From the NCBI GenBank assembly GCA_963695855.1, contig CAVOHZ010000006.1, forward strand, positions 96,001 to 160,000: a stretch of 64,000 bases of DNA, in the 5' to 3' direction. How positions within the stretch are numbered: the stretch's first letter is position 1; every line of letters begins with the position of its first letter. The notes beneath the pieces were generated by a model. It searched no databases. It was not told the origin of the DNA and saw only the letters and a program-made list of their open reading frames with translations. Origin of the DNA: an uncultured Nitrososphaerales archaeon (GTDB taxonomy: Archaea; Thermoproteota; Nitrososphaeria; Nitrososphaerales; Nitrososphaeraceae). Shown here piece by piece: positions 10,744-19,739 of the stretch. The position numbers and the translations under genes were made by a program.

Positions 10744-11796
10744 TGTTGTACTTGCTAACATAGGTTACAATTTCATTTACTGACATGGGTAACACTTTCT
10801 AGTTCTGCTAGGAAGTGTATAAAAAATAGAAATACAAACAAGATATAATTTAATTCATGAAAAAGAATGGACTGGAGATACGGTAACTGATATTTGTACT
10901 AGATATCAAATATCCAGAAAGATATACTACAAGTGGAGGAACAGGTACCTAAAGTATGGAATAAATGGTCTACATGATAGAAGTAGAAAACCACACAATA
11001 TACAACCTGCAAAAATAACAAAAGAGATAGAAGAAGAAATATTGGATTTACGTATAACAAAAAGATTTGGATGTAACCGGATCAGATTCAGGTTAAAAAG
11101 ACTAGAGGAGATGTCACTAAGTACAAGAATCATATACAAGATATTGAAAAGACATGGTCTGAATATCCTGGAATGCAAGATAAGGAATAAAAGAAAATGG
11201 AATAGGTTTGCAATGAAAAAACCCAATCAAATGGTACAGATGGATATTTTAGGTCCTTTTTATCTAGAAAATTGTGCTCAAAAGAACTATTTTATCAGTT
11301 GTGAAGACGATTGTTCAAGAAAGGTATCAAGTGACTGGTCTGAAAGAAAAAGAAGCATAGATGTATTGCATGTACTAGAAGACTATATTGTAGAGAATGG
11401 GAAACCAGAAAAGGTAATGCATGATAATGGTAAACAGTTTACATCCAGAATATTCAGACGTTTTCTACAACGTAATAACATTAAAGATAAATCCATACCT
11501 GCCAGATATCCGCAACTACAGGGAAAGATAGAAGCATATAACAAGATAGTAAAAAACGAATTTTTAGCAGCAGAAAATATTCCTAATGTAGAAGATGGAA
11601 AGAGAATGTATGCCATGTTTGTAAAAGCATACAATGAAGAAAGAGAACATGGTGGCATCAATGGTCACACACCATCTGAAATGTTTCTTAGGAAAGGAAG
11701 ATTAAATAATCATAATGGTAACAAGAAAATCAAGCAGATAAAAAGTGTTACCCATGTTGGTAAGTGAATCTGTTACCGATCTATGTAAGTACAACA
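10744..11796 (+). mobile_element. IS481-family insertion sequence (1053 bp)
   Basis: TGTTGTACTT...AAGTACAACA termini; subterminal inverted motif CATGGGTAACACTTT / AAAGTGTTACCCATG; 6-bp direct repeat ATTAAT on both sides. Confidence 0.92.
10815..11767 (+). CDS. IS481-family (rve integrase-core) transposase; 5' start out of frame by one base in an A-run
   Basis: Frame open 10823-11767 (YYKWRNRY..GINGLHDRSRKPH; VQMDILGP, MHDNGKQF, QGKIE, YNEEREHG); GTG at 10815 needs one more A. Confidence 0.85.
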
Positions 11797-12384
11797 ATTA
11801 ATCAAATAAAAAGAATTTCAAAATGTAGTAGATCCTATGAATTATTGTTACAAGGAAAGAAGCCAGTAGAAGTTGCAATTGAAATAAATTTATGTTATCA
11901 CGAAATAAGAAAACATTAGAGAGAATATTTGAGACTGCGAAAAATGAATGAGTTGTATCAGATATATATTGATAATGAATATCAGCACGAGCCCGTCGGA
12001 AGTAACACCAATAGAGCTGCAAAAATAAGAGTCTAATGTGATAGTATAATGGATAATATTTAAGAGATCATAGGTATTCTATCTTCACAAATATGGGCAA
12101 CTGTATCTGTAATTATCAAAGTTACAGAAATTAGTATAAACTTTAATAAGCTAGGCAAAATGCTAAAATAACAATTTTTAAATGAAAAATCTAGTCTATC
12201 AAAAAATGAATAAATTATCATACTATTTTTATTATGTTCATTAGGAAGTAACGATTGTAATTAAATTAAATCTTATTATCATTGTAACTATTTAATATAA
12301 ATTACTAACCATCTTCTCATTCAGGTGAATTGGCTCTTTAAAAGACATAAAGAGGTGTGTGTATAGATAATTGTTATTTGTTAT

Positions 12385-12921
12385 TTGGGGAAAAAAAATA
12401 ATATAAGTAATAATAGAATTTTCAATAGATTTCTTACTAATTTTTACAAGAAATATAGAGAAACTATTTTAATGAATAAGGATTTACTTATTGCTGGGAC
12501 ATTTGGATTTTTAGCTAGTGCTGTTATAGCTGAACTATATGCGATTTATTCTCCTAATGACGTATTAACTTCTACAGTAACAGTATTGGTTGGATTTATA
12601 ATATACAAGATAATTTTTATAATTCTTTTTCACATCGACAACAGACAAAAATATACCGATAAATTTACTAGCCAGATTAATTTCAATATTCTAAAACAAA
12701 TAATAAAGAAGATGGTATTTGCTTGGTCTATATTTGACATTGTTAACAATCTATCACGATGGATAATACTATTTGAATTATTATTAACAGGATTCAGACC
12801 CTTTGAAGCAGCTATGATATCTTCTATAACTGCTTCTTCTATATCTTATTTAGCAATAAATATAATCTCAAGACGTATCAAAATCTTCTCATCATTAAAG
12901 AAGAAGAAAAGACCAAAATGA
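12385..12921 (+). CDS. Hypothetical membrane protein (about 4 TM segments)
   Basis: 178 aa with several hydrophobic segments. Confidence 0.7.
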   Translation: MGKKNNISNNRIFNRFLTNFYKKYRETILMNKDLLIAGTFGFLASAVIAELYAIYSPNDVLTSTVTVLVGFIIYKIIFIILFHIDNRQKYTDKFTSQINFNILKQIIKKMVFAWSIFDIVNNLSRWIILFELLLTGFRPFEAAMISSITASSISYLAINIISRRIKIFSSLKKKKRPK

Positions 12922-13014
12922 AAATAATGCAAAAGATTTCTTATAATTTAAAATAAAACATTCCCAAGATGTCTAGAACTTATACAATAAACAAAGTGTA
13001 TCTACACAGAATGA

Positions 13015-13191
13015 TTATGCACTATATATTTTATGTTTTTGAACATGGCATTTTTCAGTACAAAAATAGTCTATGAATATATAACATAGAATTGGATTTT
13101 CCTGAATACTTTTTCCGCAAGTATTGCAATATAAAAATGTCTTAGTAACAAATACTTTATTATTAATGATATTATCTGTGAATTTCTGCAT
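13015..13191 (-). CDS. Small zinc-binding hypothetical protein (58 aa)
   Basis: LYCNTCGKSI...YFCTEKCHVQKH. Confidence 0.55.
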   Translation of the reverse strand: MQKFTDNIINNKVFVTKTFLYCNTCGKSIQENPILCYIFIDYFCTEKCHVQKHKIYSA

Positions 13192-13348
13192 TTATGTTCC
13201 AATCACTTCCATTTATCATTGAATCTGGTCCAAATACATAAAATCTACCATTTTCAACAGTAAGAAAAGTCTCATTTACCTTTGAATTATTATTACCATC
13301 ATAATCAGTTTTACTACAATGAAGGTTTAATAATCCTAAGATTCTCAT
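13172..13348 (-). CDS. Small hypothetical protein (58 aa)
   Basis: ATG ORF overlapping the start of 13015-13191 by 20 bp, operon-like. Confidence 0.35.
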   Translation of the reverse strand: MRILGLLNLHCSKTDYDGNNNSKVNETFLTVENGRFYVFGPDSMINGSDWNINAEIHR

Positions 13349-13439
13349 ATGATATACTTAATTTATAATTATTAAAGTTTTTTTATCCTTTTTTATATTA
13401 ACAACAATCCAAAGACAATAGACATCAAGGAAAAAATTG

Positions 13440-13465
13440 CTATTTTTTCGGCGCCGAAAAAATAG
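13440..13465. other. Perfect 26-bp palindrome
   Basis: CTATTTTTTCGGCGCCGAAAAAATAG equals its own reverse complement. Confidence 0.9.
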
Positions 13466-14261
13466 AAATAGAATATTTGATGACATTATCGAATAAGATG
13501 GAATGATATGGCTCAGATTCTACCCATCCTATTATCATTAGATCGTTTTTCTTTGTGTAATGATATAATTATATCGTATTTGTGTTATTTATGATATTTG
13601 GTAGTAAAAAATATAAAATATTTTTTCATTATATGTATTATCGATAATAATTTAGCTCACGTACAATCTATTGGGATATCTGTAGACCGATCCATCTCTT
13701 GTTTATTTGGGTATACATAGTATGAATTTGTCTCTTCGTAATTGGTACGATTCTAACACCATCTGCATGTTAGTCCAATAAAAGGGAGCGCTCCTATTAG
13801 GGCTATCCCTACAATCATCCCTATGATGCAGATGTTGAATTTTGTTAATTTGAACATAACTCTTTATTCTCTTTAGAATAAAAAAAGATTTTCCACATCT
13901 GAAAATAGAGTTGTCTGTAAAGAAGTAACGTAATTCAGAACTTACAAGTAAGAAGACCAATAGAGTTATAAGATACTGTATTTTGGTGTCGTGATTTCAA
14001 TCCATCAATATATTTAAATATGTTAGAATTGTTATTAGTATTTTACTAAATTTATGGTAAAAATTCTATTATTCGGGTTCACCTTTTATCAATAGGGTTC
14101 AACTACATATTCCGCAAGCTGGTCGGGAGTAGTGCCCTCCATGTAGTAGGGTTCTACTACATTCTATATAGCTTTTTAAGAATACATTTACACATTATTT
14201 TGATTAGAGATTTGAATTAATTAATTAAATCTCTATTTATACAAAAGGTCTAACAGTATCA

Positions 14262-14972
14262 TTAAAGCAATCTTACAATTGCAAAACCAATTATAAAGCC
14301 CAAGATTGCACCAAAAGTAGGAAGCCACTTTCTGTCTTTATGTGCTTTAGGTATCATATCATAAAAGAGCATATAAAAAATACCTCCAGCAGATAATGCG
14401 AATATCAGTCCTATCATATAATGTAATCCTTGTAAAAAAAATAATCCTATTAATCCAAGAATAACAGGAATTATAGATATAACACCAATCGCATAAAGAG
14501 CTCTTCTTGAATCCTTGAATGCTGTTTTTCCAGTTCTCATCTCTTTATACGCAGCAATACCCTCAGGAATATTTTGTATCCCAATAAGTAATGCTATTGC
14601 TAAAGCTGGACCAGCTGCTATTGAAGCTCCTATAGCTAAAGATTCAGGTAGTGTATCTAAACCAATACCAATTAGTATATCCGCTCCTCCACCTTTACGT
14701 GTAGCTATCACATCAGCAATTGTAAATATGATAGAGCCAAAAATGAAAAATAAAAATGTTTGAATTACTCCAATTGATTTTTCTGCCTGAATTACCATTC
14801 CAAATATAGCAGCAGATATTAAAATGCCTGCTCCAAATGCAGTTAAAAATAAAATAACGGATGTGGAAAAATGTACATACTTTCCAATTATTGCACCAAT
14901 AAATGAAGTTCCACCAGCAATTAATGTGATACCAATGACCATGAAAATATCAGTAAATGAAATAGCAGACAT
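14262..14972 (-). CDS. ZIP-family metal transporter (ZupT-like)
   Basis: AFGAGILI, LDTLPESLAIG, IQNIPEGIA, AGGIFYM...MIPKAH. Confidence 0.88.
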   Translation of the reverse strand: MSAISFTDIFMVIGITLIAGGTSFIGAIIGKYVHFSTSVILFLTAFGAGILISAAIFGMVIQAEKSIGVIQTFLFFIFGSIIFTIADVIATRKGGGADILIGIGLDTLPESLAIGASIAAGPALAIALLIGIQNIPEGIAAYKEMRTGKTAFKDSRRALYAIGVISIIPVILGLIGLFFLQGLHYMIGLIFALSAGGIFYMLFYDMIPKAHKDRKWLPTFGAILGFIIGFAIVRLL

Positions 14973-15337
14973 CTTATTCTAATAATTCAAATTAATATTA
15001 TATTATAAATTTAATTGGAAATAGTTTTCAAGTTAAAATTTACTAATCTATTTTTAGGTTATGATTTTACTTGATAACTTTTATCAAGAAATTATAGTCT
15101 AATGTGTTAGTAAAGAAGATAATATTAAAGATTTATGTTTAAATTTTGATATCTTCTCACGAGATAATAATGCCTTTATTTTATGAAAATACATTTGAGA
15201 ATTTCAATCCTTGAGCGGGAACATTATGCTCGCTTCCAATCCAACTGATTGATTTAGTCATAAGTTAAAATTCGACTATTATCAAGAAATAAACTTTTTG
15301 ATATTTTTAGTTCCAAAATTCGGTTTATAGTTTTCAT

Positions 15338-15565
15338 CTCGTAATCCTATAATAGTTCTATTAAAACTGATCCCATATAGACAAATATCCAGCAGTAGCA
15401 ACACTTCCAATCCTATAATAGTTCGTTTAAAACTATATTTCGAATTTACATTTGCGTAGCTGAATCTTGCTTTAAATCCTATAATAGTTCGATTAAAACT
15501 ACAGTTATGACCTTAAACTCTATGTCTTTAACCTCCTTTCAATCCTATAACAGTTCGATTAAAAC
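15338..15565 (-). CRISPR. Orphan CRISPR mini-array: 4 repeats, 3 spacers
   Basis: 30-bp repeats at 15338, 15404, 15470 and 15536 (exact 66-bp period), consensus CTTTCAATCCTATAATAGTTCGATTAAAAC, reverse complement GTTTTAATCGAACTATTATAGGATTGAAAG; three unrelated 36-bp spacers. Confidence 0.93.
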
Positions 15566-15622
15566 TTGAACACGATGAATTACGATTATTACAATTACAA
15601 TCCTTATCTAATGATTCGTTAA

Positions 15623-15835
15623 TTATTTATTTGGATCTTTAAAATCCTGTACAAATTCAAACTTGTTCAAGTCATAACTCATAAATTTGCTATAACAGTT
15701 AATACATAATTTTCTCTTATTCGCTACATCAATTTTTCCTTCGTTAAATCCCTTCCTGCAGTACCTATTGTCACATGTAAACACTTCATTATAATTTACC
15801 CAAATATCGTCAATTGACTCTGGATACATCGTCAT
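15623..15835 (-). CDS. Small Cys-rich hypothetical protein (70 aa)
   Basis: TCDNRYC...KLCINCY; ends 57 bp from the array. Confidence 0.6.
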   Translation of the reverse strand: MTMYPESIDDIWVNYNEVFTCDNRYCRKGFNEGKIDVANKRKLCINCYSKFMSYDLNKFEFVQDFKDPNK

Positions 15836-15912
15836 ATTATAATAAATTTATCAGACCAATTAAAAAAGTTTGTCTTAGAATTTTTTAATCCTAACCCAGT
15901 TAGCTAATAATG

Positions 15913-16390
15913 TCAGCAGTAAATTCTATAATTACTTTTGGAGCTATAGCACTTATCGGTTATATTCTTTATAATAAATTCTTTCCAGGTCAGGGTATTG
16001 ACCAGATACTTCAGGGTATAGGCTCTTATTCCTTTTGGATTAATTTTCCTAGATAATGTCACACTATCTGTTTGAGTTGGATACGTATTTCTATCCCTGG
16101 TTATTAAAAGTTCTCTTTCACTATTGTTATAGTCTCTCACTATTATCTTGTGTTTATGAATTATTTTTATAACTTCTTTATAGTGTACATGACCATCGTG
16201 GCCATCACGGTTTCTGTGGTAAGGACCATCCTTTGGTAGTGGTTTGCAGTTTTTGTCTTTTGAAGGATCACATGGGTGGGGTTGTTGGTAGTGTTGTTCC
16301 TGGCTCTGTCTCATCTGCTCCTCAGGCAACACCAAAAGGACCAAAGAATTCAGAAGCACTTACATCTTCTCCAGCAGTTGTTTCAGCAGC
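15913..16390 (-). pseudogene. Fragment of a low-complexity, probably secreted protein
   Basis: Pro/Thr-rich segment, CDPSKDKNCKP and KEVIKIIHKHKI read across frameshifts. Confidence 0.35.
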
Positions 16391-16394
16391 AGGA

Positions 16395-16592
16395 GAAGTA
16401 AATCCATTATTGTTAATGATTGTATATGCTCTATCTGTATCTGTTGCTTTAATAAGTGTCACAATTCTATCAGTTAAAGTAATTACTACTAATATACAAG
16501 ATAAAATAATTTATTATACTAAATATCTGCCAAAAATAAGTGCTATAATATTGGCTATTATGGCTATAGCATTTGGATTTGGTTTAGTTTAA
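16395..16592 (+). pseudogene. C-terminal fragment of a nickel/cobalt transporter-like membrane protein
   Basis: NPLLLMIVYALSVSVALISVTILSVKV...KYLPKISAIILAIMAIAF; no matching N-terminus. Confidence 0.5.
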
Positions 16593-16662
16593 TAACAATA
16601 TATATACACTTACTTTTTTATAGTAAATTTGAAATCTTTGGTTAGTGTATATGTTATTTAAT

Positions 16663-17058
16663 ATGAGTTCATTAGAAGCAGAAATTAAACGTAAACCTTA
16701 TACAGGAAAAGATCCAATGTCACCAGAAGAAATTCTCTCACATGAACCTACTGCTGTAAAACGAGATCCACATGATCAAATAATTGCGAAAGGAGGAAAG
16801 ACAGGGACTGATACAGAAGAAGCAAAAGAAATGTACAGAAAAAAAGGTATGACAAAAGTATATCCATCACAAGCAGAAATTAAACGTAAACCTTATACAG
16901 GAAAAGATCCAATGTCACCAGAAGAAATTCTCTCACATGAACCTACTGCTGTAAAACGAGATCCACATGATCAAATAATTGCGAAAGGAGGAAAGACAGG
17001 GACTGATACAGAAGAAGCAAAAGAAATGTACAGAAAAAAAGGTATGACAAAAGTATAG
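16663..17058 (+). CDS. Hydrophilic hypothetical protein made of two identical ~62-aa units
   Basis: ORF-track translation; in-frame internal duplication. Confidence 0.7.
   Translation: MSSLEAEIKRKPYTGKDPMSPEEILSHEPTAVKRDPHDQIIAKGGKTGTDTEEAKEMYRKKGMTKVYPSQAEIKRKPYTGKDPMSPEEILSHEPTAVKRDPHDQIIAKGGKTGTDTEEAKEMYRKKGMTKV
16676..17057 (+). repeat. 187-bp direct repeat x2 (period 195 bp)
   Basis: 16676-16862 and 16871-17057 appear identical. Confidence 0.92.
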
Positions 17059-17142
17059 TAATGTAATAGTAGTAATAGAAAATTTTAAACTTTCATGATA
17101 TTTTTTTGTTCAATTGAATTGATTGATAATGTCAAATATCAA

Positions 17143-17460
17143 GAGCCTATCCGAAAACTTCTCCTCTCTTATATGTGATTCAAGCACAGACAAAATGTAA
17201 TATCGCAATATAGTTATCTTCCTTCTTTTCCCATCTAATCAATAATCGTCTGAATCGATTCATCCATGAATATGTTGTTGTTGGGTATTTGCTGTAGATG
17301 ATGGTGGTGGTGGTCTGCAAACCACTATACTCTGAAGAGTTGCTTTTGTCATCTTCATATCATGTCTATTAGCACCATCTACAGTAATTCCAAGAGGAAT
17401 GCCCTGACCCTCTACCAAGAGACTGCGTTTGGTACCTGATTTACTCCTATCTGTTGGTAT
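17143..17460 (-). mobile_element. Internally deleted IS5-family remnant
   Basis: PTDRSKSGTKRSLLVEGQGIPLGITVDGANRHDMK; end motif GAGCCTATCCGAAAA. Confidence 0.8.
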
Positions 17461-17620
17461 CGTATGGAAATTTCAGTACAATCAGATTTTTATCAATTGT
17501 ATAAGAATAACTAGAGATTTATATACTCTTAAAATAAATATTTGAAAATATAGTTTAGCTGGTAATACTATTAATAGATTTTATATATACTAATAGATAT
17601 TATATATTATAGAATGTATA

Positions 17621-18262
17621 ATGCGATATTTTGATAATAATGGTACTAATCTTTTATCCAATGAACATATCATGTTATTGTACGAAGATAAGAATAAGCG
17701 TAATGATTTTATCATAGATATTATTAATGAAGGATTAAAAAATGGTTGTTTATGTATATACGCATCTGTCGAGATAGACAATTCTAAAAGTATTTCACTG
17801 ATAGATAGTTTATCTTCTAGAATAATAAATTATGAAGAAAATATCAAGAATGAGAATCTAAAATTTATCAATTCTAAACCTTATTATTAATCTGCACTAA
17901 AAGGAGATTTAACACTATTTGAAAAGTTGAAATCAGAATTAGAATATATATTGTATAAGCGTCTTTCTGAAGGAAAAAAAGATAAAATACTAATCGTTGG
18001 CGATGTAGCTTGTAATTTATATGAGACTAGACATTTTAAAGAATGTATAGATGAAGAAAGATGGTGGCAGGAAGTTCATGCAGACTGGAAAAGAAACAAC
18101 AAAGATATTACTGTAGTGTGTCCTCATCCTAACTATGTCTTTAAGGCAGAATCATTGCAACAGATAAAGAATAAAATTAGTGCTAATCATACTATTACAA
18201 TTGATATAGAAAATGAATATTCGTTGCAATACTTCAAATCTTTTTGGATATTGTCTTTTTGA
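17621..18262 (+). pseudogene. MEDS-domain sensor protein interrupted by an in-frame TAA
   Basis: EHIMLLYED...INEGLKNGCLCIYASV, TAA at 17888-17890, then same-frame SALKGDL...ECIDEERWW...VVCPHP. Confidence 0.8.
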
Positions 18263-18349
18263 TTCAGGTGCTTTTAATGCAAATAGAAAGTTCTTAACAG
18301 GATCGACATTATCCTCATAATTTTCTAATTCTGGTTGAATTTGCATCAA
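18230..18349 (-). pseudogene. N-terminal stub of a site-specific (tyrosine) integrase
   Basis: DPVKNFLFALKAPESKRQYPKRFEVL resembles the N-terminus of Nitrososphaeraceae integrases; lies ~40 bp past the tRNA 3' end. Confidence 0.6.
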
Positions 18350-18391
18350 TATTGTGTTGTTTTGGGCCTATATAAGTAGACATATATGACT

Positions 18392-18466
18392 TGGGCCCAG
18401 AGGGATTTGAACCCTCGACCAACTGCTCCGCAGGCAGCCATTCTATCCAAACTGAACTATGAGCCC
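18392..18466 (-). tRNA. tRNA-Arg(GCG)
   Basis: GGGCTCA acceptor stem, anticodon arm GCTGC-CTGCGGA-GCAGT, T arm GAGGGTTCAAATCCCTC; no intron, no encoded CCA. Confidence 0.96.
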
Positions 18467-18522
18467 ACATCTGATAATAAAACAGTATAAACATGAATAT
18501 TTATAATATATACTCACTCATT

Positions 18523-18975
18523 TCATTTCATTTCATTTCTTCTATCCCAACATTCTTTACAGAGTTGACCTTTAATGTTCCATTTTGGCTTTGGATAGTA
18601 TCTAAAAAATTTTAGAGATCTGCTGCATATTGCGCAATAATTTCTTTCTTTTTGAAATTCATTCTCTTTATTATCATAGCATTTTTTACACAAGATGCTT
18701 TCATTATTCATATTCCATTGCCATCTAGGCTTGAACTTTTTGGAATCTGTCCCTATGTCCAATCCACAAATTGAACATCTATTTGCTTCTTTTTTCTGTC
18801 TCTCCTTTTCTTCCTGCTCTTTAATAACAAACTCCTTTGTCTTTGACGTATGACAATCACCGCATATAAAGCCTTGAATCTTCCAATCTTTTGAAGGTTT
18901 ATACTTGTGTTTTAACTGAGTTTTACATACAGAACAAAATTCAATCTTTCTTTTCCATAAATGAAAAACTGCCAT
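18523..18975 (-). CDS. Cys-rich protein with three CxxC...P..W...CxxC repeats
   Basis: Three zinc-finger-like units visible in the translation. Confidence 0.8.
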   Translation of the reverse strand: MAVFHLWKRKIEFCSVCKTQLKHKYKPSKDWKIQGFICGDCHTSKTKEFVIKEQEEKERQKKEANRCSICGLDIGTDSKKFKPRWQWNMNNESILCKKCYDNKENEFQKERNYCAICSRSLKFFRYYPKPKWNIKGQLCKECWDRRNEMK

Positions 18976-19130
18976 TCACCTTGTTGTTATAGATATTATA
19001 TTTCGGCTTTATATTTATAAATCAATGTGGTTTACAAGTGTCTCAAACCAAAATGGAGAATTCATTTATTCTTTTTGGAGATTCTCTTTTTATCACCTGA
19101 TACATAAAGATAATATATTAAATACATACA

Positions 19131-19739
19131 TTGACTCTATTATTTTTGAATAAGGGTCGATTAATTGTATTAGAGGGAATGGATAAGGCAGGCAAAGGAA
19201 CTCAGTGCAAATTATTAAATGAATATCTAAATAAAAATGGTAAAAAAAGTCAGGTTTTAGATTTCCCTGATTATACTACCACTCTTGGAAAAGAAATCCG
19301 AAAATTTTTGGGTGGAAAGAATCATTTTCCTTTGGAAGTTCAGCATATGTTGTTATCTGCAAATAGGTGGGAAAAAAAGGAAACAATATTGAATATTCTC
19401 AATGCAGGAACTACAATTATTATGGATCGTTATTATCAATCAAATCTTGTTTATGGTCTCTCTAATGGATTGGATCTAGATTGGTTGGCCAATCTTGATA
19501 AAGGTTTACCTAAAGAAGATCTGGTTATAATATTAGAAATAAGTTCTAATACGTCTAATAAAAGAGTAATTAATCATAGAGATATTTTTGAAAAAAATAA
19601 TAATCTTTTAATAAAAGTGAAGAAAAATTATCAAAAGTTAGCCCATATTTATGGATGGTACATAATTGATGGCGAGCGAAGTATAAAAGATGTTCATCAA
19701 AACATATGTAACCTATTGAGAAGCGAAATAAATATATAA
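19131..19739 (+). CDS. tmk: Thymidylate (dTMP) kinase
   Basis: IVLEGMDKAGKGTQ P-loop, LLSANRWE, IMDRYYQS. Confidence 0.95.
   Translation: MTLLFLNKGRLIVLEGMDKAGKGTQCKLLNEYLNKNGKKSQVLDFPDYTTTLGKEIRKFLGGKNHFPLEVQHMLLSANRWEKKETILNILNAGTTIIMDRYYQSNLVYGLSNGLDLDWLANLDKGLPKEDLVIILEISSNTSNKRVINHRDIFEKNNNLLIKVKKNYQKLAHIYGWYIIDGERSIKDVHQNICNLLRSEINI

Noticed and set aside
13703-13960. 85-aa minus-strand ORF and an overlapping signal-peptide-like frame
   Set aside because: Looks like a decayed fragment; no family assignable
16676-17057. 187-bp direct repeats as att sites or LTR-like ends
   Set aside because: Only 8 bp apart and entirely within one reading frame
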